This document shows, piece after piece, positions 22,084 to 35,200 of a DNA stretch of 64,000 nucleotides. Origin of the DNA: Monocercomonoides exilis PA203 (lineage: Eukaryota > Protista > Preaxostyla); NCBI GenBank assembly GCA_001643675.2, contig LSRY02000011.1, forward strand, positions 868,001 through 932,000, in the 5' to 3' direction. Position 1 is the stretch's first letter. Each line of letters starts with the position of its first letter. The notes under the pieces are model-generated. The model did no database searches, was not told the DNA's origin, and saw nothing but the letters and a program-made list of their open reading frames with translations. A program made the translations under genes and the position numbers.

Positions 22084-25000
22084 TTTTTCTACGAACATTC
22101 TCACTGACTTTTTTGATAAAGGGCATGATCATAATTACGAATCTTAATGGGGAACGTTGATCATGAGGAAGTTATTTTGTTTCAAATTGTAAGAAATGAA
22201 GTTGGCTGAAATTTGGTTTTTATTTTCAACACACTCTTTTCAGCCGTTCTTCAATTTCTGACTTGAATGTACAGAGCTCATCTGAAAATAATTCAAAAAA
22301 TAATTTAACATCATTTCTGCAGCAATTTCAACATCAAGCGCTGCAGAAAATATGATTTCTCTATCCATTTTATTGTGTTTGCTAACAAGCACATTCCTTT
22401 GTACATATTTACACCTGCAAATTTGTTTTGATGTTTTTCATCTGCCCATATGCACTTCTTTCTTTTCAGTTGCCATTTTTCTTCTCTCGAATCAAAAATA
22501 CTGATATTCTTTTACAATGGGAGCAAAAATAGAGAAATAATAAGATTTCCATCTCTTTCAATAAGAGGCAAACATTCATTGCAAGAGGCATTTCTTGCCA
22601 ATATTTGAAGTTTGCAATTCATCCAAACAAATTTTCTGTAATAATACCAAATGCTGCACTCATATAAAATTTGATCAGATGCTTCATGAAATGAACAAGC
22701 ATTTTTGATGCACTTGTATGTCTTCCCGGAGAGATTAACGCGATTTTCATTATCAAATATTGTATAAAAATCACAGAAAAATACAGTCATTCGCATTTCA
22801 AAGCAAAATGTCGAATATTGCGCAAAAATTGTTGTTAAACATGTCACACAAATCAACATAATTTTCGTGGATGCGTTCGAGATTCAATTATCACTTTCCA
22901 TTTTTTCTGCGCTCTTTGCAGTAATTTCACGATTGACTGCAAACGTTCAAGCTAACGTGCGAACAATGAATTTTGAGGGCAAAATATCTGATGATTCCAT
23001 TCATCAAGAATTTATGACCCAGAAATGAACCAGAAAATGAAATAAATATTTCACAGTTCAAATGAATTTAAAACCAGTGAAAACAGAATAAAATATTAGT
23101 CATTAAATGCTTATTCATACCTTGTGTAAATCCAATCCATTCTTGCTATTTTCAATGACAAATCATGGTTTTGTCTTTTGGATAAACCATTAAAAAAAGA
23201 AATTCAATCGTTTTTTGAAAGATAATTTCATGTGACAACAAATCATCGAGAAAAATTCAAGGCGATATATATTTATCAAAGTTGGTGCTTGGTTTATTAT
23301 TTTTGATATATTTTCATCCTAGAAATTTTATGAACCTGCAAAAAAAAATGTTAATACCCTTTTCAATTCATCAATTCAATTTTCTCCTCCTTTATCCTTC
23401 TTTTGCCAAATATTCATCTGATTGAAAATTGACAAAAACCTTCTGCTATCAAAACTCATAAGCTTTGATCTATAAATCCTGATAGTTCAAAGGATCTTTT
23501 TCTCTTGCCTAAGCCTTGCCATAAATCGAAGCTCAATTAAGAATTGAAAGCCTGTTCCGTGACTGTATTTCCCCGTTCCATGCATTTGTAACATGATCTT
23601 CAAAAAATGCTTCTTGACCATCCGTCCATCTGCCATTCCTTTCTTTTTGTTCAATCCTTCCTTCTTCTCCTCTTCCCCTGCCAGAATGGATGAAGCAAAA
23701 AAAAAAAACAAGCATATCATTTCCATTTAACTGCTCCCCAAAAAGGCGAATAAAAACCCATGCATTTCATGAAACAAATGAAGTCTGTTGCCATTCCCAT
23801 CCCCAACCTCATTCTTACACTCATATTCAGATTCAGGGAGGATCTCCTCTGTTCTTCTCATTCCGCTGTTTCTGCTCAATTCTCTTCCTCTCAAACACCG
23901 AGCAGCAAGGCGTGCGCCTCAAGTGAAAAGATAGCATAAACAAAAAAATAACATCCCTTCTTTCCAAGCATCGCAAAAAGACAGAAGATAAAAGATTCCA
24001 AAATTTAAAAAAAAAAAATAATTAATTATTGACAAAATATCAAGAAGGACAAACATTGGATTTCCTGCCTTGCCTCAGACATCAGCATTTGGGAAACAGC
24101 TGATTCCAACTCTGGCCGTGCTGCTGTAAGAAGGCGAAAAAATATTAATAGAAGAAAAAGAAGAACAATTCGATAACAAAGCATTCTGCAGGTCCTGATG
24201 AAGTTGAAGCAGATCAAAACAAAATGACAACGCCCTTGTTCCTTCTTGTTCAATATGCCCCAAATACAGATGATGAGAAAACAACATTGTCCTTTGTTCC
24301 TCCATGCAATTTTATTTAATAATTCAGTCAGACAAACTACTGAGCCAGAACCCAAAGACATCCTTCATATTCTGTGTTGAGGAAAAATGAGTTGTCTTCT
24401 TTGATGGTCGAGAAAAACTTCACAAAGCATCGTTCTTTTCTTCTTATTGCAGAAAAGAAGTTGATGATATTTTATGTTGAAATATCGAGTCCATTCTGAT
24501 TGCTTTGCAATATTTCCATTCCTTTTATGTGATTAATATCCTTCCCTCGATATTGCCAGCCACTTTCCTTGTATAAAAAGCTTCTCCTTTGCCTTATGCT
24601 CCAGAATTCTATATAATTTTGTGCAGATTTTGTTCTTCACAGAATACCATCCAAAAATCTTCATTCAATAAAACATCGGTTGAATTTGTTTTCACCTCTT
24701 GAACCAAATAAAAATCATGAAATTCATGTATCTTCCGTAACTTCATTTGCTTCCTAGTGGGTATATAATAATCAGCTCCATCCTCATCGTGTTGCTCCAC
24801 AAAGCGGAGATTGGCCATTTCAACAATAACTCAAATTCCTGCACTTTGGAAAGGATACAGACGGAAATATCTTCACAATCAATTGAACAATATAAAATAC
24901 ACACATGTTGATATTTTCATTCAAAATTAAAATTGTTGTATTTCATTGGCCATTTAATTGCAAAAATTATCAAACATAATTCTATCGTTGGGAATGTCTT

Positions 25001-25833
25001 TTCGGAAATTCATACCATCATTGAAAATAATATTTCTAGTTCTGCATAAAATATTTATTCACAGTCCTCTCATTTTGCCAACTGATATTCAATTACAAAA
25101 TAATTATTCGATCAAAACATCCCTTACGAAAAAAAATTGATCTAGATTTTTTTAACTTCATTATTTTTTGTCGAAAATGTCAACAAAGGAAAAAACAGTA
25201 TAAATTCATATATTTATAGGGCTGTTTTGAGTTTTTATTTTTCATCTGTTTCTTCTTTCAAACACACATATGAATTTAACACGAATATCAAAATAACATT
25301 GCATTCATGTGCAATTTTTCAAAAAATATAAATGTTGGAGACGAACAACACAAAAAGGCATACTGCAACTAAAAGCACATCAGTTATTTTTCACAATTTT
25401 ATCACTCCAAGAAAAAATTGAAGTTATTTTAGATTATTATAATCCCTTTGTTATGAAAGCATGAAAAAAATTACATAAGAACTTTAAATTGAGAAAGAAA
25501 ATTTATTAAACAAAAAATATTGATCCAATGATCACTTTGATCTAAAATTTTCAAATTAATAATTCTCTCGAAATAAGACTTTTCAGAATAAAAAAAGAGT
25601 ATTTTTGCAAAGGCACCAAAGGAATGAATGCACATATTACAAAAAAGAGACAAAATTTTAGGATAAAAAATTATGTGTGTTTTTAACTCTCTAAGTTTAG
25701 GCTATTTTTCGACTTTTGAAAAACTTCAATTACTATTAATCCATTTGTTTCATACATATAAACTATCATCAATTAAAATAAAAACTTAAAGAACAGAATA
25801 ATAAAAATTAATGAATATTATTAAGTTTCATTG

Positions 25834-27241
25834 ATGTCCTTCAAATTTCATTATGCCCACAAAAAAGTTCACAGGCATGTATTCGTTGTTGCATTTGAAT
25901 TTTTATTTATTTCTATTATTTCTATTTTTTGTTTAAGAATTGTTTTGCGAACTGGAGCATAGCGCGAAAATTGAACAAAAACAAAAAATCATTGAAATGA
26001 ATGAAATGTTTGATGAAATAGATAAAGAAGAACTTAAATCCATTTACACATGTGAATTGTTCAACAAAATGGACAAAATGATTGAAGAAAAGAAATTATC
26101 GATGGAAAATGCACTTGCGCTATTGAAGCGCATTGGTTATTTGAAGATTCTGAGAAATACATGTATTCCACACCTTAAAGAATCTACGTTGAACAAAAGA
26201 TTTGAGAAGGTGATAATTGAAGAAGAAAAGAAAAATGAAGAAAAGAGTGAAATACTTCTGATTGATCTTTGCGAATGTAATCTTTTTCTTGGATTCTTTT
26301 TTCAACATGAATTGCTTTTAACATGTATGCCCTATCTTCTAAAAGTTACGTTGAACAAAGATGAAAACGAAAAGACTCAAAAAGAAGAGGAATTGGCTTT
26401 ATTGGCTTTGAGCAATATTAAAATTGTTTCAGTATGAAATTGCATCATTTCGAATATCATTTGTTTTTTTTCATCTCCATAAAGAATATTCCATCAGAAT
26501 TGTTTTTGAATGAGATTGAAGAAATTATCGAATATCATCAGGAACATAGAAATCTTACGCGTCTTGTTTATCGATCGACTTGGAAATTTTTAATTCGAAG
26601 ATTTTGCAAAGAAAGAAACATAGAAGAAGTGATTATAAATAAGCTGCACTTTTGGAGAAAAGCAGCAAGAGAAATGGAAGAACTTTCAATATATATTGAT
26701 TGGAAAAGAAAAAAAGAGAGAAGAAAAAAAGAGAGATGCTTGCTTGTTTTCAAAAGATGGTTCTATGTTATCCATTACGGCTTATGCTGGTTCAAATTGA
26801 GAAATGAAGAACTTGCTTGTATTGTCAGCAGAATTGTGAGTGTGCTTCTAGCATCAAGGGATAATTACAGAAGAATTAGCATTCTATGCATTCGTGGGTA
26901 AAAATACGCTTCAGAAAACAGAGCTGTGGGAGTTGATGTTTTGCTGAAAAGTGGAGCTATCATTGCTATTTTGGAGGAAATGAAGCTGTCCACTTGGAGA
27001 GATGAAATAATGTGGAATTGTTTGTAATTCTTAAAGAGAGTTTTAACGAAATTGAAACAAAAGAAGATAAATGAAATGAAAGAGGAAGAAAAAAAGAGTT
27101 AATGAGGAAAGTGGTAGAAAAGATGGAAGAAGAAGGATTTGAAGATATCATCACAAGTTTTCATAAAATATTCAACTTTCTAATCAAAAAATATTATCGT
27201 GATCTATCGTTGAATATTGGTGTTTTTTCTATATTCCTGTG
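25834..27241 (+). pseudogene. Disrupted copy of a lineage-specific multicopy helical-repeat-like gene family
   Basis: Exons FCELEHSAKIEQKQKIIEMNEM...KLSMENALALLKRIGY...LALLALSNI and ELFLNEIEEIIEYHQEHRNLTRL...ASRDNY resemble the expanded Monocercomonoides family. The frame continues past in-frame TAA at 26899 and ~27026 (KYASENRAVGVDVLLKSGA...), with a frameshift near 27095 before KMEEEGFEDIITSFH. The 5' boundary is approximate. Confidence 0.7.
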
Positions 27242-28689
27242 AAGCGATTGTTCAATCTATTTCCATTTATTTCATTTTCATTTCAGAAACGAAGAAGATG
27301 ATGATGATGAAATATGTTATCAAATCTGCATACGAAAAAACGAAAAAGAAAAGAAGAGAAGAGAAAGCTTTCGTTCTGAATCAACATTTTTTGTCGAACA
27401 CAAAGAATATTCAACAAAAATCACATATTCTTTATTCGTTTTATTCAATTATCTTATTTTCATCATCCGCTTCGACTTTACTCACATTCTCCCTCCTTCA
27501 TTCACACATTCGCACGCATCTGTCTTCATTTTAACAATTGTAATCTTCTTTTTCATCTTTTTTTCAACTTCTATAACCTCTGAGATATCAGCATTCAATT
27601 CAGATTAATTGGAATTCGGCTTCTTTTAAACAATGAATGGAATGGAAGAGAATGGAAATACAACAAAAATTAGTTGAACAACAAAAAAAGATTTCTGATT
27701 AAAGGAGAAAGAGAAAGAAGATAAAGAAAATTTAGTTTCAATTGAAATGGAATGAAAAGAACAGTCAAAATTAATAGGAAGAATGAAATTGACAGAGAAG
27801 AACCTGAAGAGAATCACAGAAAATCATCAAAGTGGACAAAACCTGAGAAAGTGACAAAACCAGGGAATATCAAACGAAAAACTTTAAAAAGAAAAGGCGA
27901 TAATTTGAAAATCACATTGAAAGAAGTTAACACATTTCAACATTCTAACAGCTATTCAATGATAATTGAATAACAACAAAATACAAATCATAATAATCTT
28001 TTTTATGAATGGATCAATGCATTTAAAACCGGATATAATCACATCAAATATAATCAACATCGGTTATAAATTCATTTTTCGATATACCGATATTTTTGGC
28101 CGATATTTCATTCATTTTCCATCACATGTAATCACGTGGATAAATATATATAACCACATTTTGTTTTACAATGGGTTCATTTTTCAATTAAAAATCGGTT
28201 TTTTTATCGATAATCTCAAATTTTTGATTTTTCAAAATATAGTAATTATAAGTCAAAAAGATGCAAATATATAACAAAATATGTTATTTTTGTTGAAAAA
28301 AGTGTATGAGTGAAGAATAATGCAAAATGCAAAAATTAACTATTAATTAATTAATTACTTAAAATAAATTTATTTTTATTTTTATTCCTGTGTAAGGTGA
28401 CATCGCTTATAATCACAATCAGATATAGTTACAAAAAGAAGTGCAAAAACTTTGTGATAATATTCGAATAAGACTGTATCATCTTGGAAGCAGAAAGAGT
28501 ATCATCAAAATTATAACATTACCAATTTATTCTGCAACAAAGAAGTGAAAGAAAATGAAAACTCTGCCAAACCACTTTTTTTCTACAAAAAAAAAGTGAT
28601 CAATGAAATCATTGAAATAGTTTGTTTTCTTTTATTATTGTCATTTTTTTGACTTTATTGGTGTTGCTCTTTCAGGCTGAACACGTTAT

Positions 28690-29060
28690 GCAGAGAAAAA
28701 AAAAGAAAATGATTACAGCGAATTGACGTATATTTATGAAACATGTGAAAGAATATTCATAAAAAGAAGCAATGCTTCACAAATGGTCAAACCAAAATCT
28801 ATTGATATGAAAAGGTCGCTTGCATCCTCAACGACAAACATTTCCAAGTTATTTTCATTTCAAAAGGATATAATGAGAACAAAAAAAAAGTGGGTGATAA
28901 TTTTTGAGACCATTTGTTCTCTGTCAAACATTTCGGTTTACGAGTTTTCTTTGAATATTGATATTTGAACACTGCAAAGTTATTTTTCCTTTCGAAGATG
29001 ATTATTTCAAGAAATACATTCTCAAATATCTCAATTTGAAACAATAATTATATCTTTTTC

Positions 29061-29095
<35 letters not shown>

Positions 29096-29860
29096 AATAT
29101 TTCATCCACAAAGAAATAAAACCTTTGAAGAATCAAAACACCGAAAAATATTATGATTACAAAAATAATTACCCATTAACACAGAACTTATAAAAAATAT
29201 ATATGAAGCAGACTAGAGTTAATGCATATCTGATGACAATTACGTTATCAAACGATCAGATCAAGAAGACACAATGTTACACTCCCAACAACATCCGCCC
29301 AATCCGACATTGGTTTTCGGAGTTATTGCTGAGGGATTATCAATAAATTTCGTGATGATATCACCCTCAAAAAATGTTCCAATAGATTTGCAGAATAAAA
29401 ATATCAACGAATTGAAATGGAAGCCAACGGAAGCGGGTGGACAACTAAATAGGATTTTGAAGAAATCATAATGAAAAAGACTATTCCTTCAATCAACAAA
29501 AAATGATTTGAACTTAATGGATCAGAATAATTGGTTCTAATTATTATGGATGTGCATTTATCGAGAATTTTCAGGCCTGTTATTACAAGATGTCGTGAAC
29601 ATTCTATTGAAATTGTTATTCTTCCTTCGCGCACCACACATTTGACACAACAACTTGATCGATGTGTGCTTGCGCAATTTTTATAATGGATCGTATTCAT
29701 CTTTTTATCAGCCAACAGAAAGCGGATTAACGTTATATAGAAAAACTCTTGTTCCAGCCTTGGCAGATGCTGTAAGTGCTGCTCTTGACCCAAAAAACAA
29801 TCAAAAAATCGTACAGTATGTATGTTGTTGATCACTTTGATAATTCTGTTGCTTTGAAGA
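28690..29860 (+). pseudogene. Decayed pogo/Tc5-type DDE_1 transposase remnant
   Basis: Fragments in order across frames: VFGVIAEGLSINFVMI (~29312), SGWTTK* (~29432), LVLIIMDVHLSR (~29531) and IVILPSRTTHLTQQLDRCVLAQF (~29611-29680). These match the DDE_1 motifs 'GW', 'LLILDGHxSH' and 'LPPHTSHLLQPLDxxVF'. Many stops and frameshifts; boundaries approximate. Confidence 0.7.
29063..29094 (+). repeat. Poly(T) run, 32 nt
   Basis: Direct read of the sequence; lies within the transposase remnant. Confidence 0.95.
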
Positions 29861-29919
29861 GATTTCTCATTTTATCTTCAAACACATCAGTCGTATTGTT
29901 GAAAATAAATAACTGACTG

Positions 29920-30143
29920 AATATATGGCTGTTCATTTTTGAATTCATACTGCTGGAAGAGTTTTCATCCATATGTTTGACGAAATGGAACTTTCGAAAA
30001 AATGAACAACATCGGAAAATGCACTAATTGAATGATAATCATATTTTAAAGAAATAAATTTGTTTTTTCAAAAATCACACTGAGAAAAAAATGTGGAGAA
30101 AAATTCGAAAAAAGTTAACTTCAAAAAGGATTAGCCATATATT
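29920..30143. mobile_element. Small degenerate MITE-like element with ~24-bp TIRs
   Basis: Left aatatatggctgttcatttttgaa versus reverse complement of right aatatatggctaatcctttttgaa (3 mismatches in 24). TA-rich ends, ~225 bp, adjacent to the transposase remnant. Confidence 0.5.
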
Positions 30144-30881
30144 TTTTTCCGTTTGAAAAATACATTTCCAAATCCAAATCAAAAAAGTGAAAAATCGATT
30201 TTGAAAGAAATATTATTCAACAGGGGATATTTCCAGATTAAGTTCAGTTCCAAGGTTTTGTCTGTGTTTTTCTTTTGTTTAATGAATTTTGTTCCATTCT
30301 TCATTCATTTATCTTTTTTTTCATTTATTATTTTTTCATTCTTTTATAATTAATAATGTTAGATTTGTTGTTTTATTAATGAAGAAAAATATTTGAACAA
30401 GACATGGTTTATTTCATTAAAAAAATAAAAATTATCCACATATGATCAATTGATATCTTAATCTTTGAATGATTAGTATTTCCAATTTCTTTAAATAACA
30501 ATCTCTCAAAAAATGTATGTGCTTCGGATTTATTTTTCAAAATGTTAATGAAACTTAAAAAAATGGATAATGAATTTGTAAGAAGTGATTAGAAAAATTG
30601 ATGAAATAAACTGAACATTTAAATGGAGTTGTACAAGGATTCAGTGACGCCAACAAAGCATCACAATATGACGTGAAAGGTTTCAAACATTGCACAATAA
30701 GCAAACAGAAAACAGAATGTGAAATGAGATAGAATTATCAGTATTTGCCTTTGTAATAAAAGCTTAAATACATTTTTTTTGATCACTTTCAAGAGTTCAC
30801 TTCATGAAAGCAATTCAGCTGGTGTTTAAATATTGTAACGTATTATTTGTGATTATCATTCAGAAAGATTCATATAATTTT

Positions 30882-32104
30882 TTAAAGATGAGATCTTGAG
30901 ACCGATCTTTCAATTCCAGGACCACCAATAAGTATATTTTTGGGTCCACCAATAACCTTTTTCGGTGGCTGCATCGGTGAGGCAGTGGCTCTCTTTGGTG
31001 TTCTTTTTCCAATTTGCCCCCCATACCCTGCTCTCCTTGTAACGCTCAATCCTGGCGATCCCATTACACCTGCTCCATCGTCTGCAGCTTCCCGATACTC
31101 CTCAGCGAAACTGCCCAGTCCAGAAGATGGGCGGCCCGAGCGTCTTCTTTCTTTCTCATCTCTCTCAATGGCTTCTTCAATCTCTTTCCTTTTTTGCGTT
31201 AATTCCTTTTCTTTCCTGGTAAGTTGCATCTTCTCTGATGACTGTCTCGAATCTCGTGTGAATTGTTTCAAGTCCTCTTCCAAATCATCGCAAATTGATT
31301 GCTTATCTTCAAGAAGTTGTTTTACACTTTCAGATGACTCTTCCATCTTTTGCTGCAAAGATGTTACCAGATCAAAAAACACATCAGGAATCATTTCGCT
31401 TTCTGTTGTCACCAACCTTGCTTCCGCAGGAACACTTGGTATTTGAGGACATACAGACCGCGAATCGCTGTCATATGCTGCTTTCAAAAGAGCAAGCATG
31501 GTTAAAAGTTGAGTTTTACGAAACTGCAAAGTCTTTGTTTGCCTTTCGTTCTTGATTGTCTCTTCTCTGAAATGCTCAATTTTTGCTTTTGATTCCGCAT
31601 GAGATTCCAAAAATTCACGAATGGACTCTTCTTCAGCTCCATTGTCTTGTTTGAATTGCTTGATTTCATCATCTTTCATTTCCTGTACACATTTAAAAAT
31701 TGTATTAAATCTCCTATCAATATGAAAATAAAATAAAAGTTTCAAACAGATGATTGAGTAGTTGTTGCGAGAATAGTTTCTCTCCTTTCTAATTCTAATG
31801 TTAATTCGTGTATTTGATTTTCTAACTTTTTCCTCTCAAAAAAGACAGCTGAAAAAAATAAAATTCAGTTTTGATTAAATAAATTGAAAATTAAAAATGC
31901 TATCATAATTTACAAGCCTTCCTTAACCTCTTCAATGGCTTGAGTATTTTGAAGTGTAATTCGTTCTGCTTTAATCTCTGATTTCAAGTGAAGAACCTCC
32001 TCTTGAATTTCTTCAAACTGTCGCTGCCTGTCTTCAATTTTCTTCTCGTATTCTCTCATCACCTGAAAAATGCTCCTCTTTTTTTGAGGCTCTGCTGATG
32101 TCAT
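30882..32104 (-). CDS. Hypothetical coiled-coil protein, 3 exons
   Basis: ATG at 32104 (MTSAEPQKKRS...). Middle exon ~31748-31849 (LSFLRGKKLENQIHELTLELERRETILATTTQSS). Last exon VQEMKDDEIKQF...RSVSRSHL*. Heptad-rich E/K/Q/L composition and GT-AG introns. Confidence 0.75.
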
Positions 32105-32213
32105 TTCCTTTATTGTGCTTTTGAATTCAACAAAGAAAAATATTGATTTTTTAACGATATATTATGGTTATTGTCTCCATAATTAGAAAATCATATGACT
32201 TGATAATTAATAA

Positions 32214-35200
32214 ATGTCATTTATCTCCTCTTCAAGTTTGCAAAGCGGAAAAAATGAACAACTTCAGAATTCAAAATTAAAGCTTTCGTTTATTGCATCA
32301 GATGAACTCGTTGAGGAGATGAATTTCGATTGTATTGTTTGCATTTTTAAATTTCTTATTTCGATACAAGTTTCTTTGACACACAGTCTCATCCAGTTGA
32401 AAAATTTTTAAATAAAACTTGCTTATATGAAATCAAAAAAGATATTATCGTTTTGACGCAAGCTGCTCAGAAAATTGTTAATTCTATTTTTTCGCGAATA
32501 CGCGCAAAGGAAAAGATCTTGTCTTCTAGAAATGAACAATCTCTTTTGCATGCGCAAAGAGATGAACATGACATTACAATATGGGAATTTTTGCTCGAGC
32601 ATATTTCTCAACAAAGGCAACAATTTCAATTTACAGATGAATCAACAAATTTCAATCCGAAAATCATTATAGATATGCTATTACAAACAAAAACCAACTC
32701 ACATGCTTCACGTTCAAGAATTAAACGGGCACTTCAACATAATTGTCGAGACAAAAGCGAAAGTTGTTCTTCAAGCGATGATGAAAAATGTCATTCAAAC
32801 GACAAAGAAAATTCAACTTATCGAACAAAAATGCAAGAACTTAAAAACAAGTCAACTTTATATCAAGCAGCTTTACCATTTTCAGCTATTGATAAATGTG
32901 ATTATCACTCTTCTTCAATTATTCCTTCTTCTCTTCGACCACAATATCATTTTTTCGGTCAACCTTTTCATCTTGCACCTTTGACTTTAAGATCTTCCAG
33001 TCCAACTGTTCCAGATTTTTTCACCTTTCAACCTCCTCAAAGCAGCAAATGCACAGAAACATTAACAGATAATGAAACATCACAAAAAGACCTTTACAAC
33101 TCTTCTGATTATGAACCACCTTCATTCAAAGTTCCGACCTCAGACACCTCTCCAACAAGTAATTTGCAACCTCAAAAAGGAGAGAAAACTACTTTTAATG
33201 CTCCGATAGATGAAAGGAGCATTTCTTTACGAAAGATGAATGAACAATTCAAACCATTGACTCAAACACCTGTGGTTGTTATTACTGATTCTTTTACAGT
33301 TCCAAGCTTAACAGCGGAGAAATCAATAGAAACAATTCAGCAGATTGCCAATGATGATTCATCTTCTCCACCACCAGAGATCACTAATCCTTATCTGCCT
33401 TCTTCTTTTCCAATTCATGTGTCTTCACCTTCACTTAATGCAACACCAGTTCCTTTTTCAATGGCTATACTGTCTCTATTTGAAACAATCACACAGTTGC
33501 TTATTGTTACAGGAGGATTAGATACAATGGTAGATGAGGTTGTTTCATTTTCACTTTATTTGTTGTGTCAGAGGGATCAATGGAAATCAATGAGGAGTCA
33601 TGATGGAACAGCCACAAAAGATGATAATAAGAAAGAAGAATTTGGAAATGAAAAAGAAAACGAAATTGACGACGATACTGACTTCAGCATAAAACACATT
33701 GATGATAACAACACAGATAGTAAACCAGATTCAACAAATGATTCAGAGGACATCCACATAAAAATATTGTGTATTCGGCATTTTGTGTTGAGGTATTGCT
33801 ATTTTCGTGGAATGGAGCTGATTCAAAAAGCAGCGAGAACATTACTGAAAGTGCATTCGTTCATGTTGAATAAGGAAAAGGAGAAGCAACTGCAAGCGGA
33901 GAAAATAAAGGGAAAAGAAGTGATTATAATTGGGGAAGATAGCGATTGTGCGAAAGAAGATGAACCTTCATATTATAGAAACAACAAAGAAGAGAAGAAT
34001 ATTGAAGATAAAAAAGATATTAAAATTCTTCATAAAGATGAAATTTTGAGTGAAAATACTTCATCTTCTTCATCGAGTGACAGCTTAGAGTCACAGGAAT
34101 CATTTGTCAGCTCTTCAATTATTTCAAAAGTTCATAAAGAGAAATACACAAACCACTCATCTCCGAAAGTTAGGATCTTTCAAAGAACAACTGCTTTTGA
34201 GCGCAGAATACGATTTTTGGAGAATTCTGCCTTTTTGCATTATTTGCCGAATGTTTTGATAGAAGCACCATTTCCAGGGATCCATTTCCATTCCATTCGA
34301 TTGACTGAGCTAAAGAAGAAACAAGAGGAAAAACAAATACCTCGAGTTCCAGCACAACTGCCTCGTCCTATTTCCCCTCCACCTGAAGCTAATGTCTTTT
34401 TGGAACAGAAAAACTCGCCTTTAATTCCTTTAACTCCTTTGACTCCGTTAAATCTGATCTTTATTTCACTAAACAGGGCAAATAAGCGTACCAACCATCT
34501 TTCAAATTCCGAATTAAATGCAATGCCGCCATCAGCTGTAATTACACCTCCTTTGCCTCATTCACCTTCTTTAACAAGTTTCCAGTCTCCGTCTCATCAG
34601 CCCAAAGAGCATAACTCTCCAGACGGTGCTGAGGTTAGTGAAGCAGAGCTGAAATATCCCGAGCTATTTTCGACTCCAACAGATGTTGTGATGAGCGAGC
34701 GGTTTAACATTCCGATGACGAAACAGAAGATTCAGTGTTTGGTAGAAGGAAAATGGCTGAACGACGAAGTTATCAATTATGTGCTGGAGCTTATGAAGCG
34801 AAGAATGATCAGAGCCATTGAGAAATGGGGAGGACGTCTCGAAAAGGCGCGAATGAGGTTGGTTTTGGAAAAGAAAGTAATCAGCGAAGCAATAAAAATC
34901 GAAAAAGATGAGAAAGATATGAAGTCAGCTTCAGATTCTAATAAACATTATTTCAAATTCTCGGCTTATTCTACAAACAAAACAGAATTAAAAATTAATC
35001 CAGAAAAGATTCTGTTTAGTGAAACAATTGCTTGCACACATCACAGTCAGTGGAACGGAGAATTGGTTAGAAAGACGACTACAAGTTTATTTAGAGATTC
35101 ATATCTTCATAAACAAGCAGAAAAAATGGATAAAGAAGAAGTTAAACAAACTTTTGAAAATAAGCACAAAACGCTATCGCACTTTGAAAACCTAATCGAA

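Noticed and set aside
22314-22349. 10-bp stem hairpin (tttctgcagc / gctgcagaaa) upstream of the receptor gene
   Set aside because: Short enough to occur by chance in 64 kb; no supporting context.
23470-24860. Slightly GC-richer, coding-like minus-strand fragments (e.g. 24609-24818)
   Set aside because: Probably a decayed gene or retroelement, but I could not recognise any family motif, so no call was made.
26899-27100. In-frame TAA codons here and at 63080 suggesting TAA=Gln recoding as in some oxymonads
   Set aside because: Gln-rich ORFs thousands of codons long use only CAA/CAG, intact genes end in TAA, and both loci also carry frameshifts. These are pseudogene lesions.
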